Shown here: positions 49,217 to 51,901 of the stretch, piece after piece
Position numbering within the stretch: position 1 is the first letter of the stretch
Layout of the letters: the number at the start of each line of letters is the position of its first letter
Assembly (NCBI RefSeq): GCF_001194135.2
Contig: NC_068983.1
Span: 152,234,996 to 152,286,896, forward strand
DNA from: Octopus bimaculoides
Lineage: Eukaryota
Reading direction: 5' to 3'
Length of the DNA stretch: 51,901 nt
Program-made: the position numbers and the translations under genes
The notes under the pieces: generated by a model
Database searches by the model: none
What the model was told of the DNA's origin: nothing
What the model saw: the letters and a program-made list of their open reading frames with translations, nothing else

Positions 49217-49435
49217 TCCAAATTTTTGCCACAATGGCAGCATGGGGGAGGTGGGGATGAGTCGATTACATCGGCCCCAGTATTCAACTAGTACTTATTT
49301 TATCGACCCCCCCTCCCCCCGAAAGGATGAAAAGCAAAGTCGATCTCGGCAGAATTTGAACTCGCAACATGCAGATAGACGAAATGCCGCTAAGCATTTT
49401 GCCCGACATTCTTCTAACGATTCTGCAAGCTCACC
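49217..49435 (-). mobile_element. SINE family B, tail running into (TAA)n
   Basis: Family-B head, core and tail all present. Confidence 0.88.
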
Positions 49436-49444
49436 AATAACCAT

Positions 49445-49488
<44 letters not shown>

Positions 49489-49786
49489 TCATTATTATCG
49501 TGATCATCATTGACATAGTCACCGTTATCATCATTGTCATCGTTGTCGTCGCTGTCATCATCGTAGTTTTCGTCATCGTCGTCGTTGTCATTTTTGCATT
49601 ATTAACATGAATAACAATAATAAACATTAATAATGCTTTGTGTATGATATTTCATTTTTTCAATTATTCAATTATCATTATTATTATTATTTTTATTATT
49701 ATTATTCTTTTTTTATTCATATAATATTTACATAATATATAATATTCATATAAATATTTACATTTATTATTATTATTATTATTATT

Positions 49787-50073
49787 TTATGTTTGACTTT
49801 TGTTTTGCATTTGTACAAGATGGATCAAAGTCTCACCCAGAGACCTCAAGAGACAACAAGTTAGAAGTTCATGTAAGTGTTATGCCTAGGGTACCATATA
49901 TTTGGATTTGTACAGTTTTGTTCTAGTGAATGTTTAAGAAACCATAAGAAAATTATGTTTGTTTTACAATTTGAGATCACATAGACAGTATTTTACGTAG
50001 GATATGGGAAGTTCCCATGAGCACTATCTTTTGAACTTCAGCCATTTTGGGGTTTCCTGGTATCTGAGCTAGG
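49787..50073 (-). mobile_element. Dong/R4-type LINE 3' end embedded in (TAA)n
   Basis: LAQIPGNPKMAEVQKIVLMGTSHILRKILSM* plus 3'UTR. (TTA)n is present at 49764-49786 and again beyond the gap at 50650-50745. Confidence 0.9.
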
Positions 50074-50649
50074 NNNNNNNNNNNNNNNNNNNNNNNNNNN
50101 NNNNNNNNNNNNNNNNNNNNNNNNNNNNNNNNNNNNNNNNNNNNNNNNNNNNNNNNNNNNNNNNNNNNNNNNNNNNNNNNNNNNNNNNNNNNNNNNNNNN
50201 NNNNNNNNNNNNNNNNNNNNNNNNNNNNNNNNNNNNNNNNNNNNNNNNNNNNNNNNNNNNNNNNNNNNNNNNNNNNNNNNNNNNNNNNNNNNNNNNNNNN
50301 NNNNNNNNNNNNNNNNNNNNNNNNNNNNNNNNNNNNNNNNNNNNNNNNNNNNNNNNNNNNNNNNNNNNNNNNNNNNNNNNNNNNNNNNNNNNNNNNNNNN
50401 NNNNNNNNNNNNNNNNNNNNNNNNNNNNNNNNNNNNNNNNNNNNNNNNNNNNNNNNNNNNNNNNNNNNNNNNNNNNNNNNNNNNNNNNNNNNNNNNNNNN
50501 NNNNNNNNNNNNNNNNNNNNNNNNNNNNNNNNNNNNNNNNNNNNNNNNNNNNNNNNNNNNNNNNNNNNNNNNNNNNNNNNNNNNNNNNNNNNNNNNNNNN
50601 NNNNNNNNNNNNNNNNNNNNNNNNNNNNNNNNNNNNNNNNNNNNNNNNN

Positions 50650-50728
<79 letters not shown>

Positions 50729-51250
50729 TTATTATTATTATTCTTTTTTCATTCATATAATTATCCTCATCAACATCAAGACAAATAAGACTTTATCCTT
50801 TTTGGCTATTGTTGATAGCGCTGTTTTCTAAAATTGCATATAAGTAATGGTTATCGCCACTTCAATATAGCTTATTCCGTAGGAACCGACTTTACTACCG
50901 TTTTTAACTCCTGGTGGAGCCTCCTCCACTGGTTATCGATGCAATCTGCACCCGATACATATTTCAAGCAATGCACACACGTATACACGCACACACACAT
51001 ATATATATAGAAATACATACATACACACTCACACACGTATATACTTATGTAAATGCACACATACATACTCGCATACACATACGTGCACGAGCGCACAGAC
51101 ACACAGACACACAGACACACGCACGCACGCACGTAACTCCAACACATATTTATATTAGAGCGTTGTAGTTCGCTTGAAGTATTGTAATATCGGGGAAGGT
51201 AAAAAGAGAGAAAATAGAAAGCACCTGACAATGCGTCAAGTTTAATAAAA

Positions 51251-51288
51251 CCTTTATATTTCAGGCGTAAAGCCCATTTTCAGAAGAA
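51251..51288 (-). other. Degenerate hammerhead-like motif (PLE-terminus variant)
   Basis: Minus strand ttcttCTGAAAA-T-GGGC-tttac-GCCT-GAAA-TATA-aagg. Confidence 0.4.
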
Positions 51289-51619
51289 AAAAAATCTGTC
51301 TGAGAAAAGTCCAGTCAGGTGGGTTCCCTTAATCCATTCAGTAGATGGTGAATGGCCTACAACACTCGGACAGCCGGCAACAATTACTACTACTACTACT
51401 ACTAGTAGTAGTAGTATAACGCCGTCACACCACAGATGATGTGTAGCAACAGTTGGGAGTTTGTTTACACCAACGCGTAGAACGATTACACCTACGTTTC
51501 GTGAGACTACTGCATAACGCTAGGGGATTTGAATGGGTTAGCGGAACCTAATTAATAGGACTTTTCTCAGACTGATAGGCCTTTGCACCAGAAATATAAA
51601 TATTTACATTTATTATTAC

Positions 51620-51662
<43 letters not shown>

Positions 51663-51708
51663 ATTATTATTATTATTATTACTATTACTATTATTATTAT
51701 TATTATTA

Positions 51709-51742
<34 letters not shown>

Positions 51743-51745
<3 letters not shown>

Positions 51746-51891
51746 GTTTGACTTTTGTTTTGCATTTGTACAAGTTGGATCCAAGTCTCACCCAGAGACC
51801 TCAAGAGACAACAAGTTAGAAGTTCATGTAGGTGTTATGCCTAGGGTACCATATATTTGGATTTGTACAGTTTTGTTCAAGTGAATGTTTA
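51743..51891 (-). mobile_element. Second, 5'-truncated copy of the Dong/R4 3'UTR within (TAA)n
   Basis: Nearly identical to 49787-49935. Flanked by (TTA)n at 51610-51742 and by tattattat at 51892-51900. Confidence 0.92.
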
Positions 51892-51901
51892 TATTATTAT
51901 C

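Overview
This is repeat-saturated, AT-rich eukaryotic DNA with 23 N-gaps, most of them opening at microsatellites. The SINE families and microsatellite load look like a coleoid cephalopod (octopus) draft assembly; this is an inference from recalled repeat families, not a database hit. No intact protein-coding gene is recognisable. Almost all ORFs in the track are microsatellite or N-gap artefacts, and the real coding signal is decayed transposon sequence. That sequence comprises R4/Dong-type REL-LINEs (RT at 14.8-15.5 kb, a tandem cluster of 3' ends at 37.6-40.3 kb, copies in (TAA)n arrays at 49.8-51.9 kb), CR1/L2/Jockey-group LINE remnants, and two types of Penelope-like element (PLE) GIY-YIG remnants. 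Mariner transposase fragments, Tc1 and hAT MITEs, a Helitron-like element and three tRNA-derived SINE families are also present. The most interesting signals are: (1) a dispersed family of PLE terminal repeats carrying minimal hammerhead-ribozyme-like motifs, with at least 5 related copies plus 3 other variants; (2) an R4/Dong family whose 3' ends repeatedly abut (ACAT)n and that piles up in tandem; (3) a SINE sharing its 3' tail with a CR1-type LINE in the same window; and (4) modular SINE structure, including tail swapping, a 29-bp tandem amplification of a SINE promoter end, and a ~100-bp duplication flanking one SINE. Two small candidate host exons are flagged at low confidence.
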